Below are positions 50,408-59,326 of a stretch of 64,000 bases of DNA, in pieces (within the stretch, counting starts at the first letter, position 1; each line of letters starts with the position of its first letter). The stretch spans positions 40,300 through 104,299 of the forward strand of contig WOYX01000062.1 of assembly GCA_011620595.1 (NCBI GenBank). Reading direction: 5' to 3'. Origin of the DNA: Bacteroidales bacterium (lineage in GTDB: Bacteria; Bacteroidota; Bacteroidia; Bacteroidales; VadinHA17). The notes under the pieces were generated by a model. The model was not told the DNA's origin, did not search any database, and was given only the letters and a program-made list of their open reading frames with translations. The position numbers and the translations under genes were made by a program.

Positions 50408-51131
50408 AGGGATAAGCAGCGGATCGGTATCCGTTGAGGAGGCCATGGAACAGCTGCGTGATTTTCCCTACAGCGATCTCGGTTTCGCCCGTATAGACCA
50501 TCACCGTGAGCTCCGTACAGGTTATCCGGAGATAGTCTACTGCGCCGGCAAGACGGCAGAACAGGTGGAAGCCATCTTCAGGGTCATGGATGATCATGGC
50601 AACAACATCATTGGCACCAGGGCTCCGGGGGAGATGTATCAGCAGATACGCCACTCTTTTCCCGAAGCCGTCTATTACGAGACGGCAAGGATAATCAGCA
50701 TAAACAAAAAGGCGCTTGTCCGGCCGCCGACGAAGATTGCCGTGATCACTGCCGGCACCTCTGACATTCCGGTGGCGGAGGAGGCTGCTGTAACGGCCGA
50801 GCTGCTCGGCAATGATGTGGTGAGGATATATGATGTCGGGGTTGCAGGCATACACCGGCTCGTTGACAAACTGCCTGAGATACGTTCATGCAGGGTGTCA
50901 ATAGTGATTGCCGGGATGGAAGGCGCCCTGGCCAGTGTTGTAGGCGGACTGGTGAACATGCCTGTCATTGCGGTGCCCACGAGTGTGGGCTACGGAGCCT
51001 CTTTCGAAGGCCTGTCGGCTCTGCTGGCCATGCTGACCAGCTGCGCAGCCGGAGTGACGGTCGTCAACATTGACAACGGCTTCGGGGCCGGCTTCTCAGC
51101 CAGCCAGATAAACAGGATGCACGGAGTATGA
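50376..51131 (+). CDS. larB: NPN carboxylase/hydrolase LarB (PurE-like)
   Basis: IDHHRELRTGYPE, AGTSDIPVAEEA, DVGVAGIHRL, AGMEGALAS, PTSVGYG, VVNIDNGFGAG. Confidence 0.95.
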   Translation: MNALELEKILKGISSGSVSVEEAMEQLRDFPYSDLGFARIDHHRELRTGYPEIVYCAGKTAEQVEAIFRVMDDHGNNIIGTRAPGEMYQQIRHSFPEAVYYETARIISINKKALVRPPTKIAVITAGTSDIPVAEEAAVTAELLGNDVVRIYDVGVAGIHRLVDKLPEIRSCRVSIVIAGMEGALASVVGGLVNMPVIAVPTSVGYGASFEGLSALLAMLTSCAAGVTVVNIDNGFGAGFSASQINRMHGV

Positions 51132-51766
51132 GAGGCAGGGTACTTCTCTCAACTGCCTATTTTCCTCCGGCCGAATATTTCAGCCTGATAGCCTGCTCTG
51201 AAGATGTGATCATAGAAAAACATGAAAATTACCTGAAGCAGACATACCGCAACAGGTGCATGATCCTGGGGCCCAACGGCCCTCTTCAGCTGACTGTGCC
51301 GGTTCTCCGGGGCTCCTTCCACAAGACGCCCCTGAGAGAGCTGCGGATCGACAACAGCCGTCGGTGGAGGGAGCTTCACCTGAGAGGCATTGCCTCGGCC
51401 TATGCTGCTGCCCCGTTTTATGAATACTATTATGACATCATCGAGAGCGTCATCTCGGGAAAATATGAGTTCCTCCTCGATCTCAATGAGAGGGCCCTGA
51501 GGAAGATGTGTGATGCTGCAGGAATTGAAGTCCGGATATCATTCACCGATGAATTCATCAGAGAGGGAACCGTGGAGGAGGATTACCGTTACAGCATCAC
51601 GCCAAAAAGAGCTGTCTCCGTTCCAGGTTATAAAGCTCTCCCCTACACCCAGGTATTCAGCGAGAGATTCGGATTTACTGAAAGGATGAGCATCATTGAC
51701 ATTCTGCTCAATAACGGACCAGGGACCCGGGCATTGCTGCAGGGATGCCTGGAAAACCGTCAATAG
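51128..51766 (+). CDS. WbqC-like family protein
   Basis: STAYFPP, KQTYRNRC.I, LTVPV, W...H, AY...PFYEYY, YTQVF..FGF...MSIID.L.N.GP. Confidence 0.85.
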   Translation: MRGRVLLSTAYFPPAEYFSLIACSEDVIIEKHENYLKQTYRNRCMILGPNGPLQLTVPVLRGSFHKTPLRELRIDNSRRWRELHLRGIASAYAAAPFYEYYYDIIESVISGKYEFLLDLNERALRKMCDAAGIEVRISFTDEFIREGTVEEDYRYSITPKRAVSVPGYKALPYTQVFSERFGFTERMSIIDILLNNGPGTRALLQGCLENRQ

Positions 51767-51776
51767 TAATCAACTA

Positions 51777-53309
51777 TCAGAATTTAAAACCCAGCGTTGC
51801 TGTAAGATATTTATCGTGCGTATCAATGTAAACCGGATCGCTGCGATAGAGAGGATTGCTTCTCGGATCATCGGGATACATCATATAGCCTTCACTGCCG
51901 GTCAACCAAACCATCGAGAGGTCGATATAAAACTTATTCTGCCTGAAGCCAATACCGGTGCTGTAACCGTTGTTGGTGGCACTCTCATTGAGGGTTCCCT
52001 CACGAAATGAGGAGCCGTAGTGGCTGTATCCTCCCCGCAGGTAGAGTGATCCGAGTCGCACCTCAGCACCCAGTCTCAGGTTACCCGCGGATCCCAGTTC
52101 CGATTTGAGATCTTCATTCTCGCTATAGAAATCATAGCCGTCCGTTCCCCTGCTCAGCCTGGCAGTGGCATAGTCAATAAATTCGTAATCTGCGCTCAGA
52201 AGGGCAACATTGCCGACCTGGTATGCAATCCCTGCATTTATGCGGTAAGGAGTGGTAATGCGGTACCGGTATGTCAGCTCACCTGACTCGCTTGAGTAAT
52301 CTATATCATCACTGAAATCAGCAGGTGTGTCATTGTTAAGGAATGCGGTAAAGTTGTTGTAGAACCACTCATCAACAGTATATACCGTAGGCGTTGTGAA
52401 GCTCAGCCCGAGCCGAAGGGATTCAACGGGCCTCACTATTGCTCCCAGCTTGAAATTGAATCCGGAACCGCTGGCCACGAAATGATCTGTATATGAGAAG
52501 TTTTCGAAGTCAAAAATAATGTCTGCATCATCGATCTCGGAATGCAGGTAATGGCTGGTATAGGAGAGACCGGTGATCCCGAATGCGGCTCCAAGGTATA
52601 ATTTGTCACTTATGTTTGCCCCTATGGCTATATTGTGTTCATTAGTGTAGCCAAAGTTGTCAATCGTCCTCTTCATCTTCTGTCCGTAAACCGGTTCTGT
52701 ATCACCATAATAGGAGAAGATAGAGGCATATTGTCTAAATTCTCCGGAGAGCGTGTCTATCATGTACGAGTCGTAAGCGACCCATGGCATACCTTCAAGT
52801 TCCCAGGTGTTGTACCCGGGATTCCCATTATACCCGGATGCCTGCAGTGCCCAGAAGTCGACCATGGAGGAGTTGTCACTTATGCCGTCTATCACTGCAT
52901 AACGATAAAAGTTATTGGTACGGTTCAGTGTATAGGCAATGTTGAGGTTTGTCAGTCCTGACTTCCTGCCGGTAGAAAGTGAGGCTACCACTCCTACCTG
53001 GCCCAGATTAAAGTCGGAGGCGCTTTTGTCATCGCTGAATCCGTTGAAATTGGTATTCAGGGTACGGAACATCAGGTTTGGTGAGATGGCTATCTCCGTT
53101 GAGCGGAAGACGCCTGCTGCAGCGGGGTTCAGTGCCACGGCAGAGATGTCTCCTCCCAGTGCCGTGAAGGCACCGCTCATGCCGTTGAACCTTGCAGTAC
53201 CCTGGTAGAATATCCTGGAGTACCGCAGCGCATCATCGAGTGTCTGGGCTGCAGCCGTGGAGGCGACAAGCATCAGAGTGGCGGCTATTGTTAAGATCCC
53301 TGGTTTCAT
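51777..53309 (-). CDS. OmpP1/FadL-like outer-membrane beta-barrel protein
   Basis: Signal peptide, GTARF.GMSGAF.ALGGD.S...NPA motif, C-terminal TLGFKF beta-signal. Confidence 0.85.
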   Translation of the reverse strand: MKPGILTIAATLMLVASTAAAQTLDDALRYSRIFYQGTARFNGMSGAFTALGGDISAVALNPAAAGVFRSTEIAISPNLMFRTLNTNFNGFSDDKSASDFNLGQVGVVASLSTGRKSGLTNLNIAYTLNRTNNFYRYAVIDGISDNSSMVDFWALQASGYNGNPGYNTWELEGMPWVAYDSYMIDTLSGEFRQYASIFSYYGDTEPVYGQKMKRTIDNFGYTNEHNIAIGANISDKLYLGAAFGITGLSYTSHYLHSEIDDADIIFDFENFSYTDHFVASGSGFNFKLGAIVRPVESLRLGLSFTTPTVYTVDEWFYNNFTAFLNNDTPADFSDDIDYSSESGELTYRYRITTPYRINAGIAYQVGNVALLSADYEFIDYATARLSRGTDGYDFYSENEDLKSELGSAGNLRLGAEVRLGSLYLRGGYSHYGSSFREGTLNESATNNGYSTGIGFRQNKFYIDLSMVWLTGSEGYMMYPDDPRSNPLYRSDPVYIDTHDKYLTATLGFKF

Positions 53310-53338
53310 TCTTTTATTTATTTTAATTTTTAATGCAC

Positions 53339-53402
53339 ATGAAACTTGTATGAACTTATTTAATCATATCATTTTGTCGGAACCTGCTCATGCAAGTTTC
53401 AT
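53339..53402. repeat. ~64-bp inverted-repeat (hairpin) element, copy 2
   Basis: ATGAAACTTGTATGA...TCATGCAAGTTTCAT; homologous to 42992-43053. Confidence 0.75.
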
Positions 53403-53479
53403 TTTCCGTTTTATTTGGTATACAATTACTTGTGCTCCTGCTTTTTGCGGAACAAAATCACATGGTTTGAAATGTCATA

Positions 53480-54895
53480 TTATCTCCTTCTCCCGCCTGA
53501 TGATGAGGAGGAGGTAGAGGATGAAGAAGAGGATGATGATGATGAGCCTGAGCTATAGCTTCCTCCTGACGACGCTGATGATCCTCCGGAACTATAGCTG
53601 CTACGTCCTCCCGAGTATGATGAACCGCTACTGCTCCTGTTAACACCTGATGAAGATGAGCTGCTGCGTGAGGGTACTGAATAGGTAACAGATGGTGACG
53701 ATGATCTCGACGGGGTGTATCTCTGTGAGCTGCCGGGTGCAGGCACCGACGACCGGCTGCTGTTCGTGACCGGAGCAGTACTCCTGTTGTAGGCCGGATT
53801 TGGTGTGGTGCTCCTGGTGGTGTTGTATGAGGGCCTGGAACTCATCCTCGGGTTACTGTAACTTGGGGTGTAGGTTCTCTCCGTGGTCTGATACTGGGGC
53901 CTGTTCACCACCTGATTTCCTGTCTGCGTCCTCTCCGGCACCTGCTGCCGGACTGTTCTGGAACGGTTCTGCGTCTGGCCCTCAGGAGTAGTCTGGTACT
54001 GTGTCCTGGTCTGAGTTTCAGGCCTTAACTGTGACTGAGATCTGTTCTGATTCTGGATGGTATTGCCCGTGGCCTCCCCCCTGCGGGTATATTCAGGTCT
54101 TGACACTGTGCTTTCAGCTGTTCCGGACTTGGTGGTTGTGCCGGTCCCGGGCACACCCCTGCGTGATCCTGTGGAGATACCTGCTTTCTGGTCAGCAGAC
54201 GAAGGCACCCTCCTGCTGGTTACGGTTCCTGAACCGACAGATGCATCAGCTGCCTTTCTCCTGGCATCGGATGTGGTATATGAGCCGCGGGCCATGCTGC
54301 TGTAACCTCCCCTGCGGGCTACCGAGGGCCTGAGGTCATCGTTGTAGTAATAAGCCGAATACCAGGGAGCGTAGTATCCGCTCCACGGCGAGTAGTATGG
54401 TGAATAGAAGGATGAGTAATAAGGATAATAGGAATAGGGACTGTACCAGTCATACCAGAAAGGATCATATCCCCGGTAAGGATATCCGTAAGAACCGTAG
54501 TACCCGTATCCCAGGCCGAGACTCAGAGAGAATGGTGAGAAGTAGAAGGGGTCTCTCCAGTAAGGATAGAAGTAGTCACTGTTGAAGAGATATATCCTTT
54601 CGGCTGCACTGCTTCCGTAATAGTTGTTGATAACAGTGGCTTCGCCAGGTGAGGCATAGTCAACGTATTCGTTTTCAGCTATATACTCATCAGCTATCAG
54701 GGTGTCGGCTGCAAATATGTTGTCATAATATGTCTGGTCAGCGTCTCTGACCACCGCAGTGCTTCTTTCAACCACTACGGGCTGATCTGAAGGCCTGTAG
54801 TAAAGGTCATCACTGACAGTTCCCGTAAAGCGCAGTGAAGAGCACGAGCTTGCTGTCAGCAGTACCACCGGGATTATGTACAAATACTTTTTCAT
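53480..54895 (-). CDS. Tyr/Pro-rich lipoprotein with long Ser/Arg/Thr-rich disordered tail
   Basis: MKKYLYIIPVVLLTASSC lipobox, DDLYY motif, Y/W/P-rich middle, poly-Ser tail ending GGRRR; ATG at 54895. Confidence 0.85.
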   Translation of the reverse strand: MKKYLYIIPVVLLTASSCSSLRFTGTVSDDLYYRPSDQPVVVERSTAVVRDADQTYYDNIFAADTLIADEYIAENEYVDYASPGEATVINNYYGSSAAERIYLFNSDYFYPYWRDPFYFSPFSLSLGLGYGYYGSYGYPYRGYDPFWYDWYSPYSYYPYYSSFYSPYYSPWSGYYAPWYSAYYYNDDLRPSVARRGGYSSMARGSYTTSDARRKAADASVGSGTVTSRRVPSSADQKAGISTGSRRGVPGTGTTTKSGTAESTVSRPEYTRRGEATGNTIQNQNRSQSQLRPETQTRTQYQTTPEGQTQNRSRTVRQQVPERTQTGNQVVNRPQYQTTERTYTPSYSNPRMSSRPSYNTTRSTTPNPAYNRSTAPVTNSSRSSVPAPGSSQRYTPSRSSSPSVTYSVPSRSSSSSSGVNRSSSGSSYSGGRSSYSSGGSSASSGGSYSSGSSSSSSSSSSTSSSSSGGRRR

Positions 54896-54928
54896 TTCAC
54901 CTCCTGTTATTATCCAAACCAAAAATAC

Positions 54929-54944
54929 ACAAATTTCGTACCAA
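54929..54944 (-). promoter_or_regulatory. Candidate sigma54 (-24/-12) promoter for the lipoprotein-OMP operon
   Basis: Minus-strand TTGGTACG-AAAT-TTGT versus consensus YTGGCACG-N4-TTGC, correct spacing, about 35 bp upstream of the ATG. Confidence 0.5.
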
Positions 54945-55170
54945 GAGTGGCCAGTGCGGCACATAAATGTCATTTCCCCCGATATTCATCCTTTTTTGGC
55001 TTGCCACCGCTACCATCGCTGCTCCATGGTTATCTTCAGCAGGTCTGTTTATCTGTATATCGCTTGAAATTTTGCTTATCACCCCGGGGCTCACTTCCTG
55101 GTTTGCAAGATTTGTCTATTTTTACGCTATCTTTTTTCCGTTAAACAAATATAAACAGTAAAGCAGAGCA

Positions 55171-56646
55171 ATGGCCAGGTTTCTTACAAACAGGGAGGAA
55201 AATTATTCGCAGTGGTACAATGATCTGGTGATAAAGGCTGATCTGGCAGAGAACTCGGCGGTCAGGGGTTGCATGGTGATCAAGCCTTACGGTTATGCCA
55301 TATGGGAGAAGATGCAGGCTGAGCTCAACAGGATGTTCAAGGCTACCGGGCATGTCAATGCCTATTTTCCCCTGTTTATTCCCAAGTCGTTTTTCAGCAG
55401 GGAAGCCGCTCATGTTGAAGGGTTTGCCAAGGAGTGTGCTGTGGTCACCCATTACCGGCTCAAAAACTCTCCTGACGGTTCGGGTATTGTTGTGGACCCC
55501 GATGCAAAGCTTGAGGAGGAGCTGATAGTAAGACCCACTTCAGAGACCATTATCTGGAACACCTATAAGGACTGGATACAGTCGTACCGTGACCTGCCGC
55601 TGCTCATCAACCAGTGGGCCAATGTTGTCAGGTGGGAGATGCGTACCAGGCTCTTCCTTCGGACAACAGAATTCCTCTGGCAGGAGGGGCACACGGCTCA
55701 CGCCACCAGTGAGGAGGCGCAGGAGGAGGCTTTGAGGATGCTCGGGATCTATTCAGATTTTGTGGAGAATTACATGGGAGTGCCTGTGGTCAGGGGCGTG
55801 AAGACCGAGAGTGAAAAGTTTGCCGGTGCCATAGATACCTATACTATAGAAGCGCTGATGCAGGACGGAAAGGCGCTCCAGGGTGGTACAAGCCACTTTC
55901 TCGGACAGAATTTTGCCAAAGCGTTTGATGTCAGGTTCACAAACAAGGAGGGAAAACTCGACTATGTATGGGCTACCTCCTGGGGAGTCACCACGAGGCT
56001 CATAGGGGCGCTGGTGATGGCCCATGCCGACAATAACGGGCTGGTACTTCCGCCTAAGCTGGCACCGATACAGGTGGTCATTGTACCCATCTACAAGGGC
56101 AATGAACAGCTGGATGCCATTTCTGCCATAGCCCTTGAACTCAAGACCTCACTAGAGAAGGCGGGCCTTACAGTGAAGTATGACGACCGTGATACCCAGA
56201 AGCCGGGGTTCAAGTTTGCCGAATATGAGCTCAAGGGGGTGCCGGTCAGGCTGGCCATAGGTCCGCGTGATGCTGAAGAGGGCACCGTAGAGGTGGCACG
56301 CCGCGATACCCTTACCAAGGAGACAATATCCCGCACCGGCATCGTTGACCATGTCACAGCCCTGATGGAGGAGATACAGCAGAACATCTACAGGAAGGCA
56401 CTGGCATTCAGGGAGCAGAACACCTACTGGTGCGATTCCTGGGAGGAGTTCTGTGACATCATCGAGAACAGGGGCGGTTTTGTGATGGCACACTACGACG
56501 GCACGCCGGAGACAGAGGAGCAGATCAAAATTCTCACCAAGGCCACCGTGAGAGCCTTACCCTTCAATAATCCCGACGAAGAGGGAAGATGTATACTGAC
56601 GGGCAAGCCTTCGCACAGAAGAGTGCTCTTTGCAAGGGCTTATTAA
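55171..56646 (+). CDS. proS: Proline-tRNA ligase (archaeal/eukaryotic type)
   Basis: [53 protein letters not shown]-terminal FARAY. Confidence 0.97.
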   Translation: MARFLTNREENYSQWYNDLVIKADLAENSAVRGCMVIKPYGYAIWEKMQAELNRMFKATGHVNAYFPLFIPKSFFSREAAHVEGFAKECAVVTHYRLKNSPDGSGIVVDPDAKLEEELIVRPTSETIIWNTYKDWIQSYRDLPLLINQWANVVRWEMRTRLFLRTTEFLWQEGHTAHATSEEAQEEALRMLGIYSDFVENYMGVPVVRGVKTESEKFAGAIDTYTIEALMQDGKALQGGTSHFLGQNFAKAFDVRFTNKEGKLDYVWATSWGVTTRLIGALVMAHADNNGLVLPPKLAPIQVVIVPIYKGNEQLDAISAIALELKTSLEKAGLTVKYDDRDTQKPGFKFAEYELKGVPVRLAIGPRDAEEGTVEVARRDTLTKETISRTGIVDHVTALMEEIQQNIYRKALAFREQNTYWCDSWEEFCDIIENRGGFVMAHYDGTPETEEQIKILTKATVRALPFNNPDEEGRCILTGKPSHRRVLFARAY

Positions 56647-56712
56647 TCCGCTGCCCCGGAGTTGATATCAAATTAATCGCTAAATTTAGTCGGTGAATCA
56701 AAATACGTTAGC

Positions 56713-57426
56713 ATGACGGAAGAGACAGCCCGCAGAAAGGGAATGATAGTCGATACCCTTAAAAGCAAGTCCGTGCTTAAACAGATAGTGTTTGACAACA
56801 CTGCCACCGCCTTTATGATGGTCAAGGATATACTGAAGAACCTTGCAAAGGAGGTAAACGGTCAGCTCACCGGCATTGATCCGAGGATACATCTGGAATA
56901 TACTGACAGGAGCAACTTTGATGCACAGCTTATGGTATCTGCCGATATGCTTTTGTTCAGCATGCACTCCAATATCTTCCAGTTTGACCGTGAGCATCCG
57001 GCATGGAAGACAGCCTACATCCAGAAAAACAAATTCAACGCCTACAGCGGTATCATAAACATCTACAATTTCCTGGCTGATTCATTCAAATATTCAAGGC
57101 TTGATGACCTTGGATACCTCATTGCCCGTATCTTCATCAATCATGAGAACCAGTATTTCGTCGAAGGAAAGAGGCAGATGGGCATGCTCTTCACCAACTA
57201 CGGCAATGAAGCCTTCAGCACCGAATCACTTCAGAAGATTGTCTATACCGCCATAAACTATTCTCTCGAGTTCGATCTTCTGGTGCCGCCTTACGACACA
57301 GTAAAGATTGCCTCTGTAGGGCAGGCGGAATCAAAGATACAGCACTCAAGGCTGATAACCGGGAAAAGGCTGGGATTCCAGTTTAACTCTGACGATGTTC
57401 TGGATGCCAATTCAACGCAGACGTGA
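56713..57426 (+). CDS. Conserved hypothetical protein
   Basis: Long ORF co-directional with proS; F.MHSNIF, IYNFLADSFKY, YFVEGKRQ, FDLLVPPY look conserved but I cannot assign a function. Confidence 0.75.
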   Translation: MTEETARRKGMIVDTLKSKSVLKQIVFDNTATAFMMVKDILKNLAKEVNGQLTGIDPRIHLEYTDRSNFDAQLMVSADMLLFSMHSNIFQFDREHPAWKTAYIQKNKFNAYSGIINIYNFLADSFKYSRLDDLGYLIARIFINHENQYFVEGKRQMGMLFTNYGNEAFSTESLQKIVYTAINYSLEFDLLVPPYDTVKIASVGQAESKIQHSRLITGKRLGFQFNSDDVLDANSTQT

Positions 57427-59243
57427 AGCCATGTACATATAGGAACAGTTATCCGCGTTTACTATCTCTTATCCTGATTTTCTCGGTCTTCCCGCTCTTG
57501 AAGTCCTATGCCCAGGAGCTGCCGCAGGACACACTGTCGCGTGCCTTTTACGATTCCCTTAAGGTAAAGGCCGAAAAGAGACGCTTCACCAGTCTCCTTT
57601 ATGACATGCTTATTGTCACCCACGCCCCTCCCGGTTCAGCCAGGGAGAACATGACAAGTACGGCGCCGTATGACGATTACAGAGGAAAGATCATCAGAAA
57701 CCGTGAGCTGATAAGGCTCAACGCCTTCGGTACCGCCATCGACAATCCTGCCGGGTATGACCCCTCCCGTACCGAGAAGGTGATGAACTCAACCTATACC
57801 AAAACAAAACGGTTTATTCTGAACCAGTACATCCTGTTCCGGGAAGGAGATACCATCTCACCGCAGGAGATGGCTGACAATGAAAGGCTGCTCAGGCAGC
57901 TGCCATATATTGATGACGCTCGCATCATAATTGTACCTGTTGACAGTGCTCAGGCCGACGTTGCGATCATCGTGCGCGAAAACTACCCCTACGGTGTCAG
58001 CGTCAGTGTTGATGGGCTTGAAGCAGGAATGCTCAGGGTTTTTGACAGGAACCTGGCCGGACTGGGTCATGAGCTGTCACTCTCAATGCCATACAATTTC
58101 AAGAAGTATCCCTGGCCGGGCATCGGTGTGAACTATTCCATAAGGAACATAGCCCGCTCCTTCTCCGACCTGGAGCTGGGATTCTCTGACGGGCTGGGGG
58201 TGAACTGCCTGAAAGGTCAGTTTGACCGTGATTTTGTCACCTCTGAAACCAGATATGCATGGTCTGCCTCCCTGACAATGACGCGTACCACGGAAGATCT
58301 CGACACCATGCAGACAGCGGTGCCCCTGAAGTATATCAGGCATGACTACTGGGCTGCCAGATCATTTATACTGGACAAAGAAACCGTGACACGCATCATT
58401 GCCGGCACACGGTATATTCACAATAATGTCTATGCCAGGCCGGAGATTGACGACTTCTCCTACTATCGTCTGCAGAACTACCAGCAATGGACCGGCAATC
58501 TGAGCCTGACCTCGCAGAGATTTATCAATACCTCTCTCATATACGGTTACGGACGCACGGAGGATATACCCTACGGTTACATGGTAGAGGTGATGGGCGG
58601 CAGGGAGAAAAATGAATACAGATGGAGAACCTTTGCCGGAATGAAGCTTGCCTTCGGCAATCTCTTCAACCGGGCAGGCTATCTCTACGGCGGTCTCAGC
58701 TACTCGTCCTTCATCAACGGGGGGAAGTCGGAACAGGGTGTTGTCCAGGCCACTCTCAGGTACTTTACACCCCTGATACCTGCAGGCCGGTCAAAGATCA
58801 GGATATTCTTCAACAGTTACTACACCGGAGGGTTCAACAGATACACCGACGAGTTTCTCTTTATCAGGAACAATGACTTCGTAAGGGGCTTCCGCAATGA
58901 CTCGATAAAGGGTACGGAAAGGGTCACAGCCTCTGTTGAACCGGTACTCTTTCTCAGTAAACCGCTTATAGGCTTCAGGTTTGCACTCTTTGCCTTTGCC
59001 GATGCCGGATTTCTTGCAACTGACGGGTTCGGTGAGGGCAGTTACTACGTGATCCCCGCAATAGGTGCCGGTGTCAGGGTAAGAAATGATCAGCTGGTGC
59101 TGAACACCATACAGATCAGGCTGGCGTGGTATCCCAATGTACCACCGTGGTCAGAGCATTCATGGTTCAATGCAGCCGGAATACCCAGGCTGCGGCCGCC
59201 TGGATTTGAGCCGCAGCCGCCGGGGATGATTCCCTACCAGTGA
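57423..59243 (+). CDS. Omp85/BamA-TamA-like outer-membrane protein with POTRA-like domain
   Basis: Signal peptide; T..FIL..ILFREG...ER.LRQLPYI.DARI POTRA; NLAGLG; VRGF; GAGVR; GTG start overlapping the upstream stop. Confidence 0.7.
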   Translation: MKPCTYRNSYPRLLSLILIFSVFPLLKSYAQELPQDTLSRAFYDSLKVKAEKRRFTSLLYDMLIVTHAPPGSARENMTSTAPYDDYRGKIIRNRELIRLNAFGTAIDNPAGYDPSRTEKVMNSTYTKTKRFILNQYILFREGDTISPQEMADNERLLRQLPYIDDARIIIVPVDSAQADVAIIVRENYPYGVSVSVDGLEAGMLRVFDRNLAGLGHELSLSMPYNFKKYPWPGIGVNYSIRNIARSFSDLELGFSDGLGVNCLKGQFDRDFVTSETRYAWSASLTMTRTTEDLDTMQTAVPLKYIRHDYWAARSFILDKETVTRIIAGTRYIHNNVYARPEIDDFSYYRLQNYQQWTGNLSLTSQRFINTSLIYGYGRTEDIPYGYMVEVMGGREKNEYRWRTFAGMKLAFGNLFNRAGYLYGGLSYSSFINGGKSEQGVVQATLRYFTPLIPAGRSKIRIFFNSYYTGGFNRYTDEFLFIRNNDFVRGFRNDSIKGTERVTASVEPVLFLSKPLIGFRFALFAFADAGFLATDGFGEGSYYVIPAIGAGVRVRNDQLVLNTIQIRLAWYPNVPPWSEHSWFNAAGIPRLRPPGFEPQPPGMIPYQ

Positions 59244-59302
59244 ATGCAACAGTCTGAAGCACTGTTGTGCATCAGGAAGATGGCACTTCTACGATTGATT
59301 GT

Positions 59303-59310
59303 TAACTTTG
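59303..59310 (+). promoter_or_regulatory. Bacteroidota sigmaA -7 element for tilS
   Basis: TAACTTTG about 17 bp upstream of ATG 59327. Confidence 0.5.
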
Positions 59311-59326
59311 CATAAGTCAGTCAGAG

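Noticed and set aside
53480-53700. GAT/GAG trinucleotide microsatellite as a phase-variation tract
   Set aside because: It is the mixed-codon, in-frame poly-Ser tail of the lipoprotein
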